A stretch of DNA of 64,000 bases from Candidatus Aenigmatarchaeota archaeon (GCA_016195275.1 JACPZZ010000017.1:21581-85580), one strand, 5' to 3'. Positions 27,740-37,183 are shown, counted from the stretch's first letter. Notes: a model not told the origin generated them from the sequence alone. Numbers and translations: made by a program.

Positions 27740-29899
27740 TCACAGAAGGCTCACATTGAAGGGTGGCGGCGAGAGGTAGAAATCGAGAAGCGTGCTGAAC
27801 CGCACGTGGCGCAAGTCCTCGCCGCTGAGACGCTTGCTGGCAAGCTCCTTGATGGACTGCAAGTGCTTTTCGCCCTCGGCCAGGACGAACACGACATCGC
27901 AGAACTTCAAGTCAGCCTGGATGTTGCGCAGCTCGTCCTCTGGCCGGGTCGTCTCGGAAATCTCGGTGCCGATCACTTGGTTCTCAATCCGAGCCAGCAC
28001 GTCAACAGCCTTCCCTGTCGTCTGGTCCTCGATAGTGACGTTGGCGTTCGGCAGCGACGCGGTGATGCGTTCCGCGATCTTGTGCTGCCAGAACTGATGG
28101 ATGAAGGAACCGCGGCCTGATGGCCGTTTAGCCTTGCGCTTGTACTGCTCAAGCAGCGCCCATCCCTTGTCTGTGACTTCGATCAGCTTGGTCGGGCTGC
28201 CACGCCTCACCAAACGGACCTGGTACTCTCGGATCAGGCCCAACTTACCCAGCTTGTCGCGCCGGCCATTGCCTGCCCCATGAGAAACACCTAGTCTCGT
28301 GTCTCTATCTGTGGCCGCTTCGAATGGGGTTGCTGCTATGTCTTGAAGATAGTCGAGCAAGGTGGAATCCATCGACCGGTCTACGTATTGGCTCTCCTGT
28401 TCGCCTTTCTCGTCGCGCGCAGGCTCTCCGTTGACCGCAGCATCGCCTTCCTTATGGTGTGCTTCGTTGCGTGCAGCAGGCGTGGTTCCGTTTCGGGCTG
28501 ACGCTGGTGTCCACTTCAAGGCCGCGAGTATGGCTTTCATCATTTCGGCGATCTGCTCCTCTGTGACAGGAATGTTGAAGCTAATTTCCGGCATCCTGAC
28601 CAGGAAAGGCTTCGCGACCTCCGGGTGGCGCATCATCGCAAATCTCATAGGTAGTTCTTGAAACAGCCGCGCCTGCTCCAACGTCAGCGAGTGGTCGCTG
28701 GCGATCCGCTTGATTGACTCCCCATCTGTTGTGCCGTAATACAAATGGGTCGCCGAGTTGCCGCTAATTACCGAAGGAAGGTCCTTCGCCTCCTGGGTCG
28801 TTGTGACAACCCCCAGTTTGCGTTTCCGGCCCGTACGAACCGTGTCAAAAAGCAGCGGCTCCCCAAGGATCGTCTCAGCATGTCCCGCTGATTTCACGAA
28901 GCGATGCCCTTCCTCCAGGAAGAGGACGTTGCGAAGGTCCGCGTCGCCGAGCTTGGCCTTGTAGTCATCGAACGCAGTGAGCAGCTCAATCGGAAAGAAC
29001 ACTCTGGTGTCCGAAGCCATGCCTTGAAGGTTGAACACCCATGAGCGGTGCGCAAGCTCTCCGAACGAAAAACCCTCAAGCGCGTCGTAAGTTCCGGCCA
29101 GGTGAAGCACTAACCCCGTGAAGCGGTTGATAAGTCCTTCGAGATATTGCGCACGTCGCATGTCAACGGCCCGGTTCATCTTCGCCCGGCGACGCACCAG
29201 TTCCTCGTGGAACTCCCTCACTGTGAATACGCCCTGCCGCTGGTACATCTCGAACCCGATCTCAGTCCCCAGGTTGACGCCACCGTCCCCTACCCAGACC
29301 TCCCTGTCGATGTCCCGCATCCGCGCATCCACATCCGCAAACGATTCGCCAGGCAAAGGCTCGAACAGGTTGCGCTTGAACTGGCCCTCTTTGATCGTGC
29401 AGCGCACAATTCGGCCAGGTGGGGCGTAGGCCGGCAGGTCCCAGACCTCGTTCTCCGAGTCAAGGAAAATGAAATGGTCGCCAAGCTGCTCAAGCTGTAG
29501 CGCCAACGACCTATTCGTAACGGACTTCCCAGTGCCGGGCGCACCCACGTTCACAACGTGGCGGTCGAAATGCTCTCGCTTAAGAAAGACCGGAAAGCCA
29601 AGGGACCAGTCCGGGTTGACGACATAGCCGACCAGAATGTCCCCGACCACGGCTTCGGGCGGCGGCACATCAAAGGGATGAGGCGGTCGATCCGAATTAA
29701 ACGGGCGCATCATATTGACCACCTGAATGACTGGTCTCCAGTTGCCCGTTCTGAGCGCAAGGTTGAAGAACGAGAGGACGCGCGGGTCATGGTCCAGGCC
29801 AGCAACGTGGATGAGCTCCATGACTTGCTGCACGTCGTTGTGTTGGGGTGCATGACCGACGCTCCTCAAAGTAGCCATCAGTCGCAACGTCCTTTGCAA
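27740..29899 (-). CDS. FtsK/HerA/TraG-superfamily P-loop ATPase (DUF87-like) with C-terminal wHTH and additional domain
   Basis: 719 aa; Walker A VNVGAPGTGKSV, Walker B-like FIFLDSEN, VVTTTQEAKDL...HLYYGTTD region as in HerA/VirD4-type ATPases; C-terminal LGKLGLIREYQVRLVRRG wHTH-like segment; last gene of a 7-gene operon. Confidence 0.7.
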   Translation of the reverse strand: MQRTLRLMATLRSVGHAPQHNDVQQVMELIHVAGLDHDPRVLSFFNLALRTGNWRPVIQVVNMMRPFNSDRPPHPFDVPPPEAVVGDILVGYVVNPDWSLGFPVFLKREHFDRHVVNVGAPGTGKSVTNRSLALQLEQLGDHFIFLDSENEVWDLPAYAPPGRIVRCTIKEGQFKRNLFEPLPGESFADVDARMRDIDREVWVGDGGVNLGTEIGFEMYQRQGVFTVREFHEELVRRRAKMNRAVDMRRAQYLEGLINRFTGLVLHLAGTYDALEGFSFGELAHRSWVFNLQGMASDTRVFFPIELLTAFDDYKAKLGDADLRNVLFLEEGHRFVKSAGHAETILGEPLLFDTVRTGRKRKLGVVTTTQEAKDLPSVISGNSATHLYYGTTDGESIKRIASDHSLTLEQARLFQELPMRFAMMRHPEVAKPFLVRMPEISFNIPVTEEQIAEMMKAILAALKWTPASARNGTTPAARNEAHHKEGDAAVNGEPARDEKGEQESQYVDRSMDSTLLDYLQDIAATPFEAATDRDTRLGVSHGAGNGRRDKLGKLGLIREYQVRLVRRGSPTKLIEVTDKGWALLEQYKRKAKRPSGRGSFIHQFWQHKIAERITASLPNANVTIEDQTTGKAVDVLARIENQVIGTEISETTRPEDELRNIQADLKFCDVVFVLAEGEKHLQSIKELASKRLSGEDLRHVRFSTLLDFYLSPPPFNVSLL

Positions 29900-30255
29900 T
29901 TCCAGCCCGCGTTAAGGAACCCCGGGTGCCCGCATTCAGCGCAGACCGGGCGATGGCACTTCCCGCATTCCTTGCTGGTCGCGCAATCTCCGCACATGAC
30001 ATGCAGGCACCTGTAGCAGGCGCACGTCGCGATCTCGGGAGATCGAAAGACCTTTTGGCACCCTTTGCAAAGCCCGGCGCGTATGGTTGTGGTGAAGCCG
30101 TTCTTCGCTGTGGGAGCCTCGACCTCGAAGACTCGCTGGCCCAATTTCACGTGGTCGAGCAGGATCCAGGCCGAATTGCCACCAGCAGACTGCGGGTCTG
30201 CTGGAAAGTTGGGCCGCATCCCCGTACCCCCCTGGCCGGACTCAGTAGCACTCAT
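29878..30255 (-). CDS. Cys-rich small protein, paralog 1 (6 CxxC pairs)
   Basis: 125 aa; N-terminal VKLGQRVFEVEAPTAKNGFTTTIRAGLCKGC then CxxC repeats; paralogous to the next gene (VKVGQKVFEVEEPSARNGFTRTIKAGICKGC); overlaps the ATPase start. Confidence 0.55.
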   Translation of the reverse strand: MSATESGQGGTGMRPNFPADPQSAGGNSAWILLDHVKLGQRVFEVEAPTAKNGFTTTIRAGLCKGCQKVFRSPEIATCACYRCLHVMCGDCATSKECGKCHRPVCAECGHPGFLNAGWNCKGRCD

Positions 30256-30607
30256 TGCAGTGCCACTCCTCTGTCAGGCCATCTTCACCACCACAATCCG
30301 GGCACACCGGCCGTCGGCATATCGCGCATCTCTTCTGCTCTTTGCACTCCGAACACATCACATAATGGCAGCGGCAGCATGAAGTCCTGGCCGCGTTCGC
30401 GGACTGGAAGATGTCTTCGCAGCCCTTGCAAATCCCGGCCTTGATAGTCCTCGTGAAGCCGTTCCTGGCAGAAGGCTCCTCGACCTCGAAGACCTTCTGA
30501 CCGACCTTCACGTAGTCCATCGTGAGGTAGACTGTGTTGTCTGCCACGTTGGGACTGACCATGCCTGGTTGCCCGGACCCAGTGCCCATCCTCGTGTCGA
30601 GTTCCAT
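30242..30607 (-). CDS. Cys-rich small protein, paralog 2
   Basis: 121 aa; same two-domain layout as paralog 1; 14-nt overlap with paralog 1. Confidence 0.55.
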   Translation of the reverse strand: MELDTRMGTGSGQPGMVSPNVADNTVYLTMDYVKVGQKVFEVEEPSARNGFTRTIKAGICKGCEDIFQSANAARTSCCRCHYVMCSECKEQKRCAICRRPVCPDCGGEDGLTEEWHCNECY

Positions 30608-31017
30608 GCTGAACCTCCTATCTGGCTCTTACCTTGGCAAATTGGGCAAACTGCTGACCCTCCGCTCATTTGGGCGCAGCGTGAGCAGGCCTGGCGGCCG
30701 CACACGCATCTGAAACGGGGTGCGCAGTACGTGCAGAGAATGAAGCCGTCGAACATGCACATCGACCCGGCTTCAGCCTCGGACTTTATGAGATCGCCCG
30801 TCCCGGCGCACGTCGCCACCTGAATCTGGGTCTCGTTGATGAGCACTCCGTCTTCGCGGAGGTCAACGACCTGCACCTCCGCGTACGGTGATCTGCCGAT
30901 ACCTGCCGGCCCAATCGGCACCATTCGTCGCACAGTTACGGTTCGCACTGGCTGTGTCACTTCGCTAGGTCTTCCGAAACTCACCCCTGGCACGTTGTTG
31001 GGGTTTGGCGTTACCAT
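30508..31017 (-). CDS. Cys-rich small protein, paralog 3 (divergent)
   Basis: 169 aa; preceded by AGGAGGTG RBS; central Cys cluster CTYCAPRFRCVCGRQACSRCAQ...CPICQG. Confidence 0.5.
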   Translation of the reverse strand: MVTPNPNNVPGVSFGRPSEVTQPVRTVTVRRMVPIGPAGIGRSPYAEVQVVDLREDGVLINETQIQVATCAGTGDLIKSEAEAGSMCMFDGFILCTYCAPRFRCVCGRQACSRCAQMSGGSAVCPICQGKSQIGGSAWNSTRGWALGPGNQAWSVPTWQTTQSTSRWTT

Positions 31018-31027
31018 CGTTCACCTC

Positions 31028-31354
31028 CTAGTAATGGTCCATCTCAGGTGTTCGGCCCGGATTCAACAATCGCTGCATCGAGACGTGGTCAGGCACGAAC
31101 TCTGGGATGCTGCTAGTCAATCGCGGCGACTGAAGCACTGGCGAAAGCGGCGGACGCCTGGTGGGTGACACGCGCCGATTCAGCATACCTTCGAGCGAGT
31201 TCCTATAAAGCGCCCTCGCTTCAAAATCTCGGTTCGGATAGACCCTGTTCCTGTTCGGCCTGTTGGCGTACGAGACCTTATGAGCTTGTCTCGCCTTAGC
31301 TGCCTTCGCTCTCTGCTTCTTGTAGACCCACCACGGGACTTTTCGGTTGGACAT
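31028..31354 (-). CDS. basic low-complexity protein
   Basis: 108 aa, Lys/Arg/Pro-rich; AGGAGGTGAAGG 8 nt upstream of the ATG. Confidence 0.45.
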   Translation of the reverse strand: MSNRKVPWWVYKKQRAKAAKARQAHKVSYANRPNRNRVYPNRDFEARALYRNSLEGMLNRRVSPTRRPPLSPVLQSPRLTSSIPEFVPDHVSMQRLLNPGRTPEMDHY

Positions 31355-31364
31355 CCTTCACCTC

Positions 31365-31598
31365 CTAGAATCCGTCGCATGACTTGTATCCGGACCTGAC
31401 GCAGAACACGCACGCCCTAGCCTTGACCATCTGCTCGCCGCAGCCAGGACAAGCCTCGCCATCGCCAGACGCAACGCCGACATCTACACGAGGTCCGCCA
31501 CCATCGCCACCCTCGGTAGGGAGACGAACGTTGCTGTTGCGGATGCCAATACTGGAAATCCTCGTCCCTTCCTTTTGAGCCTCCATAGGCGTCTCCAA
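31365..31598 (-). CDS. small zinc-ribbon protein
   Basis: 77 aa; CPGCGEQ...CVFC ribbon; same strand and spacing as the operon. Confidence 0.4.
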   Translation of the reverse strand: METPMEAQKEGTRISSIGIRNSNVRLPTEGGDGGGPRVDVGVASGDGEACPGCGEQMVKARACVFCVRSGYKSCDGF

Positions 31599-31608
31599 TC
31601 CGAACCGT

Positions 31609-31980
31609 TCAGAAAGGCGGTCTTATTAATCGATGCCATCGCCGTCTCCCCTTGCGCGCTGGGCCCATCAGGTTTGTCGTACGGCCCGCTAGCTCCTTGT
31701 TTCTCCACAGCAGAATCAGGGCAATCCCGTACAAAGGTGTCATAACGCCGAGCGTCGCGCTCCCGGCAATGAAGAGAGCAGTGGCCGACCTGTCACCCGC
31801 GGCGTCCAATATTGCGGTCGCGAGAAAAAGACAGAGCGGCACACAAAACGCGCAAAACCCAAGACCCCATATCCGCCAGCTTCTTCTCAGGGCTGGCAGA
31901 CCAATAGGCAGCAGGCTCATCAGCGCAAACGGAATCGCCGTGAGCGTTACAGCGTTATTGCCTATACAATCCTGTGCCAT
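31609..31980 (-). CDS. small membrane protein (3-4 TM)
   Basis: 123 aa, hydrophobic segments LTAIPFALMSLLPIGL, LGFCAFCVPLCLFLATAIL, GVMTPLYGIALILL. Confidence 0.45.
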   Translation of the reverse strand: MAQDCIGNNAVTLTAIPFALMSLLPIGLPALRRSWRIWGLGFCAFCVPLCLFLATAILDAAGDRSATALFIAGSATLGVMTPLYGIALILLWRNKELAGRTTNLMGPARKGRRRWHRLIRPPF

Positions 31981-32206
31981 TCCGCTCTCTTACCGGCTGC
32001 GGTTGTTCCACGCCTAGTCTTCTCAGATACACGCGCCCGATAACCTGGTCCTCTGGCGAAAGTCCCTCTGGCAGGCCGTGGTCTGTCACGTACGCACTCC
32101 ACTTCGAGAACTCGCGCGGTCGAGTCGTCTTGAAGTCGTCGAACTCCCACTCCGCCGCAGTCTCCAGAAGCCATCTTTTTACGAAGTTCACAACCCATCG
32201 CCGCAT
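31955..32206 (-). CDS. hypothetical protein, first gene of the operon
   Basis: 83-aa ORF overlapping the next gene by 26 nt. Confidence 0.35.
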   Translation of the reverse strand: MRRWVVNFVKRWLLETAAEWEFDDFKTTRPREFSKWSAYVTDHGLPEGLSPEDQVIGRVYLRRLGVEQPQPVRERNGTGLYRQ

Positions 32207-32408
32207 ATATTTGTCCTCGGGGGTTCTTATGCATTACGGTCCCTGTTGCTTGACACTCTTGGTCGTGGGGGGTAGCATAGATTTGGCTTCTCCGACTCGG
32301 CATTGTCGCCGAAAACTTGTCCACGCCACCACTATAATCTGAAGTGCCTGCTGCGGTGCCGCAGGAAAACCGCAGACCGCCGCAAAACAACCGCAAAAGA
32401 GGTCGAGC

Positions 32409-35400
32409 ATGGCAAGCCAAGGTCGTCCTCACACCAGAGCTCCGTGGAAAGACAAGATCCTGATTTGGCAGGAATACTATAGGAACCGAGTCATTAAACG
32501 AGTGGCTGAGGACCTCAGCTTCCAAAAGGCGGATGGCGAATGGTATGGCTATAGCGAGGACACCGTAGCAAGAATAATCAAGGAGTTGGACTACATCTCC
32601 GAAGAAGATGCGGCGAGTCTGTCATCAGAGATTCAAGAACTCAGACGTAGCCGTACACAGGCACCAAACCAACAGGCGTCGCCACAACAAATCGGTCAAC
32701 AATCAGACTACAAAGTTGATTTGCAAGCACTCCGGCAGTCTTGTTCGGATGGGCTCAGGGCTCACCTTGATCGGCATTCGGTAGAGTTTAATAGCAAAAG
32801 CTACGTACCACGCGCCGCCATTGAAGGGGAATTCCGCGAGTTCTTAGATTCGACAAAGCTTTGTTTTCCCATCATTGGCGAAGCAGGCATGGGCAAGACA
32901 ACTTTGCTTTGCCATTTAGCAGACGAGTACTCGCATAGAACCGAACAGCACCCAGACCATTTAGTTTGGGTGTTGTCCGCGAGACCGCTGGCCAATATTC
33001 GCGATCACCCGTTGCGTACGGCGGTAGGCGAGGAAGCGACGGACGTGGGAGCTGCGATCAAGAGCCACCTCTCACGGCACCTCAGCATGGTCGATGTCAC
33101 TAAGAGATCAGAGGTTGACTTCACGGAGGTCGTGGAAGCTCTCTATCGTGAGTTAAGAGACACCGGCGACAAGAAGTTCATCGTGTTAATCGACGCGCTG
33201 AACGAACACCCCCAGGCTGACAAGCTAATTGCATCGCTGGACTCAGCGGTGGCAAGCCTCGCGGACCTCTCCGATGAACTCGATGGCCTCTCAAGGCGCT
33301 TCAAGATCTGTGTGACGTGCCGACCATATTCGTGGCACCGGGCTATCAGCGAAGAACTCCATAGCAGGATCAGGTATTCCCATTATCATGCCCTGCAAGA
33401 GCAGAACTTATTGCCCCAAGTGACTCTTGGAGAATACTCAGAGCAGGAGCTTCAAACGATTTACGAAGGGACAAAGGTTATCACAGACGATGGGAGACGA
33501 TCGGAGTTGCGCCCGGAGTTCACAGCCTTGAAAAGGGACGCCCCCAAGTGGATCAATCGACTATCCGACCCCTACCTGTTCGCCTGCGCGATAGAGGTGG
33601 CAAGGAAGAATGACGGTTATATCCCTCTAGGCTTAACCAAGGCTCAAATGCTGAGAGCCTATATCGACCGGCTGACCAACAATGACAAAGTAGCGCAGAG
33701 ACTCCTCGCGGAAATAACAGAGCGCATGCGGGTGACCATGAGTCCCCAACTGACTCGGCGCGAATTGGAGAGTTGCGCGCAAAGGCTCACCTTGGACCTC
33801 GATGCTCCTGACTCCCCCTATAACCGTCTGATAGATGCAGGAATTCTCCAAGAGTTGAACGATGCGACGAACGACCCGACCCAACTAGCGGTGGGTATCC
33901 GCAACGACCGCATCCTGGAGTACCTCTTGTATGAGCGTCTCAAGCTGCTTCAGCAAGATGTTACGCACATCCGCGATACGCTGATACAAGCGGAATTGTA
34001 CCCTCAGTTGTGGGCTGCCTTGCATACCCTATTCGTTGAAGACTGGGATCAAGCCACCGTTAGTCAACTGGCCGCCATCCGCAACGAGGACCAAACGGCC
34101 CCCGTCGTTGTTCGGGCCTTTATTCCAGGCGTATGTCGCGAAGTGTACAAAGACCGGCCGAAGGAGGTGAATGACCTCGTCCAGACTCTCTTGAAGTCGA
34201 GCGACAATGTGGCATTGATGATGGCAGTGGCGGTTGCCTATACTGTCAAGGACACGGACGGTCTGCTTCAAGCGTTGCAAAACAAGAGCTTAGTTGCACA
34301 GAGACTGGCCATCCAATACTCGTATCTTTTTTGGCGGGCTCACCGTAAGAATGGCTACGCCCTGTTAAACAGATTAAGTGACCGAATATCCGTGGCACCT
34401 GATAGGAAAACAATCCAAGCGTTCGTTGACCTTAGCGTGGCGATCGGAACCAAGCATTTTCGACAACCAGAAATCCGAGAGGAAATTATTGCACTGGCAC
34501 AACGCACGGCTCACGGGTTGATGCACCCCGATCTGAGGAAATCCGGGTTGAATCCCGCCCAGAGGATGAAGAGGCGAGCCGCTAGCTTAATCCTTCGAGC
34601 ATCAACGTCGTTTGCCGGTGGTCCTCTCGTCAATGCAGCGGCTGTTTACTTGGAGAAAACGCTCCGTGTCGCCGAGGACAACAACACCATAGGTAACTAT
34701 TCGGACGTAGCCGCCTTCTTCAAACACGTGCCGCCCCGCGATAGACACCCATATAAAGTGCTGTTGAATTTTTGGGGGCCAGAAGAAGCCAATCTCGTTA
34801 AATTGCGAAACATCATTTGTGATTTGGCGCACAGGCAAGATGGTGTGTTCTACTCCCTCGCAGCCGGGGCTTTGGTCATCCAAGCCTACTATCGACCCGA
34901 AGCTGCACTCAAGATGTTCAATGAGGTTTACGATAGTGCCGAGCAGAATGCGCTTCAAAAACGGCTGGTGCTACGGGCGTCCGATGTCTTGTCTCCACTG
35001 GCCAGCGGAAAGCATCTGAACTCCCAACTCCGGTCCCACAGCGACCTAGTCCGGAGGTTCATCGATGAAACAGCAGGCCGGTGCACCGTGGCAGGCCACA
35101 ATCGGACCATGTGCGGAGTACCGCTTTATCACACTTCGTTAGTAGAAGTTTCTTCACGCGGTAGCTTGACTATCCTGCCCGACGCTATTACTAAAGCTCT
35201 GGTACGGAATGACCCCGAGCTGCTCGTGTCATTAGCTGAAGTTATTAACCAAATGGTCTGGTATATTGAGCCAGAACGCGTCCTCTCACTCAGGGAGTCA
35301 CTGCTTTGGCTACTCGCTTACGGGGACAATCCCCAAGGGAACGTGTACCAAGCTGCGCTGCGCACCGTTGCCACCTTAGCTCTGATATATCCGGATGCAG

Positions 35401-35675
35401 GTGAAGACGTCATTGCAGCAATCGCCAACAAAGAGGAACGGCAACGAGTCAGGAGCGGACTCAAACGCATTGCGGCGGACGAATTGGTCACCCCCGTGAG
35501 CGTTTACTTGGGCGGGATGCACGATGCGGGCATATATACGCTGCTTTCGTCTGACGGTGACGCAGTACGACGATTAGTCGTCGAGATATTGAACGCCGGA
35601 TTGAACGAGAAAACCGTACATGGTCTCATGCGGCTAGTTGCGCGTAGGAGCCTTAAACTATTGCAAGCTACGTAG
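32409..35675 (+). CDS. NACHT-like STAND NTPase with long C-terminal HEAT/ARM-like helical repeat region
   Basis: 1088 aa; about 150-aa N-terminal region, Walker A CFPIIGEAGMGKTTLLCHL, Walker B FIVLIDALNE; more than 600 aa of helical repeats. Confidence 0.75.
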   Translation: MASQGRPHTRAPWKDKILIWQEYYRNRVIKRVAEDLSFQKADGEWYGYSEDTVARIIKELDYISEEDAASLSSEIQELRRSRTQAPNQQASPQQIGQQSDYKVDLQALRQSCSDGLRAHLDRHSVEFNSKSYVPRAAIEGEFREFLDSTKLCFPIIGEAGMGKTTLLCHLADEYSHRTEQHPDHLVWVLSARPLANIRDHPLRTAVGEEATDVGAAIKSHLSRHLSMVDVTKRSEVDFTEVVEALYRELRDTGDKKFIVLIDALNEHPQADKLIASLDSAVASLADLSDELDGLSRRFKICVTCRPYSWHRAISEELHSRIRYSHYHALQEQNLLPQVTLGEYSEQELQTIYEGTKVITDDGRRSELRPEFTALKRDAPKWINRLSDPYLFACAIEVARKNDGYIPLGLTKAQMLRAYIDRLTNNDKVAQRLLAEITERMRVTMSPQLTRRELESCAQRLTLDLDAPDSPYNRLIDAGILQELNDATNDPTQLAVGIRNDRILEYLLYERLKLLQQDVTHIRDTLIQAELYPQLWAALHTLFVEDWDQATVSQLAAIRNEDQTAPVVVRAFIPGVCREVYKDRPKEVNDLVQTLLKSSDNVALMMAVAVAYTVKDTDGLLQALQNKSLVAQRLAIQYSYLFWRAHRKNGYALLNRLSDRISVAPDRKTIQAFVDLSVAIGTKHFRQPEIREEIIALAQRTAHGLMHPDLRKSGLNPAQRMKRRAASLILRASTSFAGGPLVNAAAVYLEKTLRVAEDNNTIGNYSDVAAFFKHVPPRDRHPYKVLLNFWGPEEANLVKLRNIICDLAHRQDGVFYSLAAGALVIQAYYRPEAALKMFNEVYDSAEQNALQKRLVLRASDVLSPLASGKHLNSQLRSHSDLVRRFIDETAGRCTVAGHNRTMCGVPLYHTSLVEVSSRGSLTILPDAITKALVRNDPELLVSLAEVINQMVWYIEPERVLSLRESLLWLLAYGDNPQGNVYQAALRTVATLALIYPDAGEDVIAAIANKEERQRVRSGLKRIAADELVTPVSVYLGGMHDAGIYTLLSSDGDAVRRLVVEILNAGLNEKTVHGLMRLVARRSLKLLQAT

Positions 35676-35723
35676 GTCCATAGAAGCTGCTTCTATCCAA
35701 AGGAGGAATAGGCGTATAAACAA

Positions 35724-36083
35724 CTATGAAATCTCCTGCACGTTTATTCGAAATCTCCTCTCACCAGTTTCTCTACCCTGCCGGTCAATTGCTTCAAGGC
35801 GACCTAGTAAATACTCCGCCCTTTCAAAGTTTACCGGATAGACTGGCCTTCGATATCCTCTAGCATCATTCGGGTAATAGTCTCGCATCCTCATTTTTAC
35901 CACTGGTTCCCCGATCACGCCTAACTGTCTCAGGTACTTGATTCCCTCTTCGGTAACAGGCTCCCTCCGCATGTAATAAAGGTCTCTGGTTGGCCGCGAA
36001 GATAATCTTCGTGATTCGTTCACTACGTGACGTAATGCCTTGTTGATAGTCGTCAAATACATCTGCTTGAGTTCCCGCTTCAT
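35724..36083 (-). CDS. hypothetical protein
   Basis: 119-aa basic ORF. Confidence 0.4.
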   Translation of the reverse strand: MKRELKQMYLTTINKALRHVVNESRRLSSRPTRDLYYMRREPVTEEGIKYLRQLGVIGEPVVKMRMRDYYPNDARGYRRPVYPVNFERAEYLLGRLEAIDRQGRETGERRFRINVQEIS

Positions 36084-36340
36084 AATTTACTTCATTATGG
36101 GTGCCACCTTAAATAGATTGACTGGTTTGTTGGTGCCAATGTTTTCTACCTTATAACCTCTCAGTCGATAGCTTTCTGCCATGACTCACTTCAGCTTGTA
36201 TTATCCTCATGCATTTTCGCCTCCTTCGCCTTTTCGTAGGCTTCATGGATTTCACGTATCGTGTCCTCAAAAACTGAATCAAACCCCATGCGCAAGCTGC
36301 TCTCTGCGCTGTAACGACCTGTCGGAATTTTTTTGAGTAG

Positions 36341-36577
36341 CTAACATCGGCCTGAACAATTCTCAGAAGTGTGCACCCTGGCCCGGCCACAACACACAAA
36401 CTGCAAAATGCCGCAGTGCTCAACGAGCGTTGCGTTGTGTGCGGAGCTGAACACCAATCGCAGGCCCGCCGTCTCCTTGCAGAAACCGCACATCGGATGA
36501 CCGTCCTGAGTCCACTTGCACCTCGGCAGGACCTGGACCATCGCCTGCCCGTTGATTGTGACAACGCCGTCTCTCAT
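36341..36577 (-). CDS. small Cys-containing protein (cassette copy 1, gene B)
   Basis: About 78 aa from MRDGVVTINGQAMVQVLPRCKWTQDGHPMCGFC...; conserved in copy 2 with conservative substitutions; start overlaps the stop of gene A (ATGA). Confidence 0.45.
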   Translation of the reverse strand: MRDGVVTINGQAMVQVLPRCKWTQDGHPMCGFCKETAGLRLVFSSAHNATLVEHCGILQFVCCGRARVHTSENCSGRC

Positions 36578-36939
36578 ACGGTGCGACCCCCGCACGTCAC
36601 GCACGTCATCGGAATCGCTTCCCCCGTACCTTTGATCTTCGGACACCTGCAATGTTCGCAGTCGCACAGTTCGTCGGCCGGGCGACGTCTCCCCGACCAA
36701 ACGAGCGCCCGCTTTGGTATCTCCCAAATCCGACCGCCGAGAGACGTTAGCTCAGACTCGCGGAAGTATCCCAACTCTTCATCGAAGCCTTGGTCCAACC
36801 CGAAGTACAAGACATCTGCGTCTGTCTTTTCTGTGACCTCAGTCGCGAACCAAAACCAGCCAATGTAGCTTTCGAAGCCCTTGATAACCTCCTTGCCGTC
36901 GATGTACAACTTCCCGTCCCTTTCCTCAAACTTTGCCAT
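36574..36939 (-). CDS. conserved hypothetical protein with C-terminal zinc ribbon (cassette copy 1, gene A)
   Basis: About 121 aa from MAKFEERDGKLYIDGKEVIKGFESYIGWFWFATE...ADELCDCEHCRCPKIKGTGEAIPMTCVTCGG; start trimmed from the ORF-track start (37083) to the Met conserved in copy 2. Confidence 0.55.
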   Translation of the reverse strand: MAKFEERDGKLYIDGKEVIKGFESYIGWFWFATEVTEKTDADVLYFGLDQGFDEELGYFRESELTSLGGRIWEIPKRALVWSGRRRPADELCDCEHCRCPKIKGTGEAIPMTCVTCGGRTV

Positions 36940-37112
36940 GTTGATCCCCCCCCCCTTGGCGATGCTCTTTGGCACCACCCTACTTGCTGGCTTACCAGTT
37001 CCCCCATGCTGAGGGGGATAGGGGGTGCAGGGATCGCACCGTATCCACACTGCGACCCGCACACCCACGACAAAGCGGGGCAAGCCAGAATAACCCTAGC
37101 GGGAGGACCGAG

Positions 37113-37183
37113 CGCGGGTTATCTGGATTGAGCACTACACTGGAGGGAAAGCCGAGCACGGAAAACCGAAGGTTGTCGGTGCC
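37113..37183 (+). repeat. island repeat element copy b (core 37142-37183)
   Basis: gcgggttatctggattgagcac...ggagggaaagccgagcacggaaaaccgaaggttgtcggtgcc. Confidence 0.6.

Noticed and set aside
36747-37131. Alternative-frame ORFs 36747-37073 (-), 36790-37131 (+), 36969-37232 (+), and the long N-terminal extensions of 36574-37083 and 50917-51408
   Set aside because: Comparison of the two cassette copies shows conservation beginning only at the internal Met (MAKFEE.../MPKFED...). Upstream parts differ completely and overlap the conserved repeat element, so starts were trimmed and overlapping ORFs discarded.
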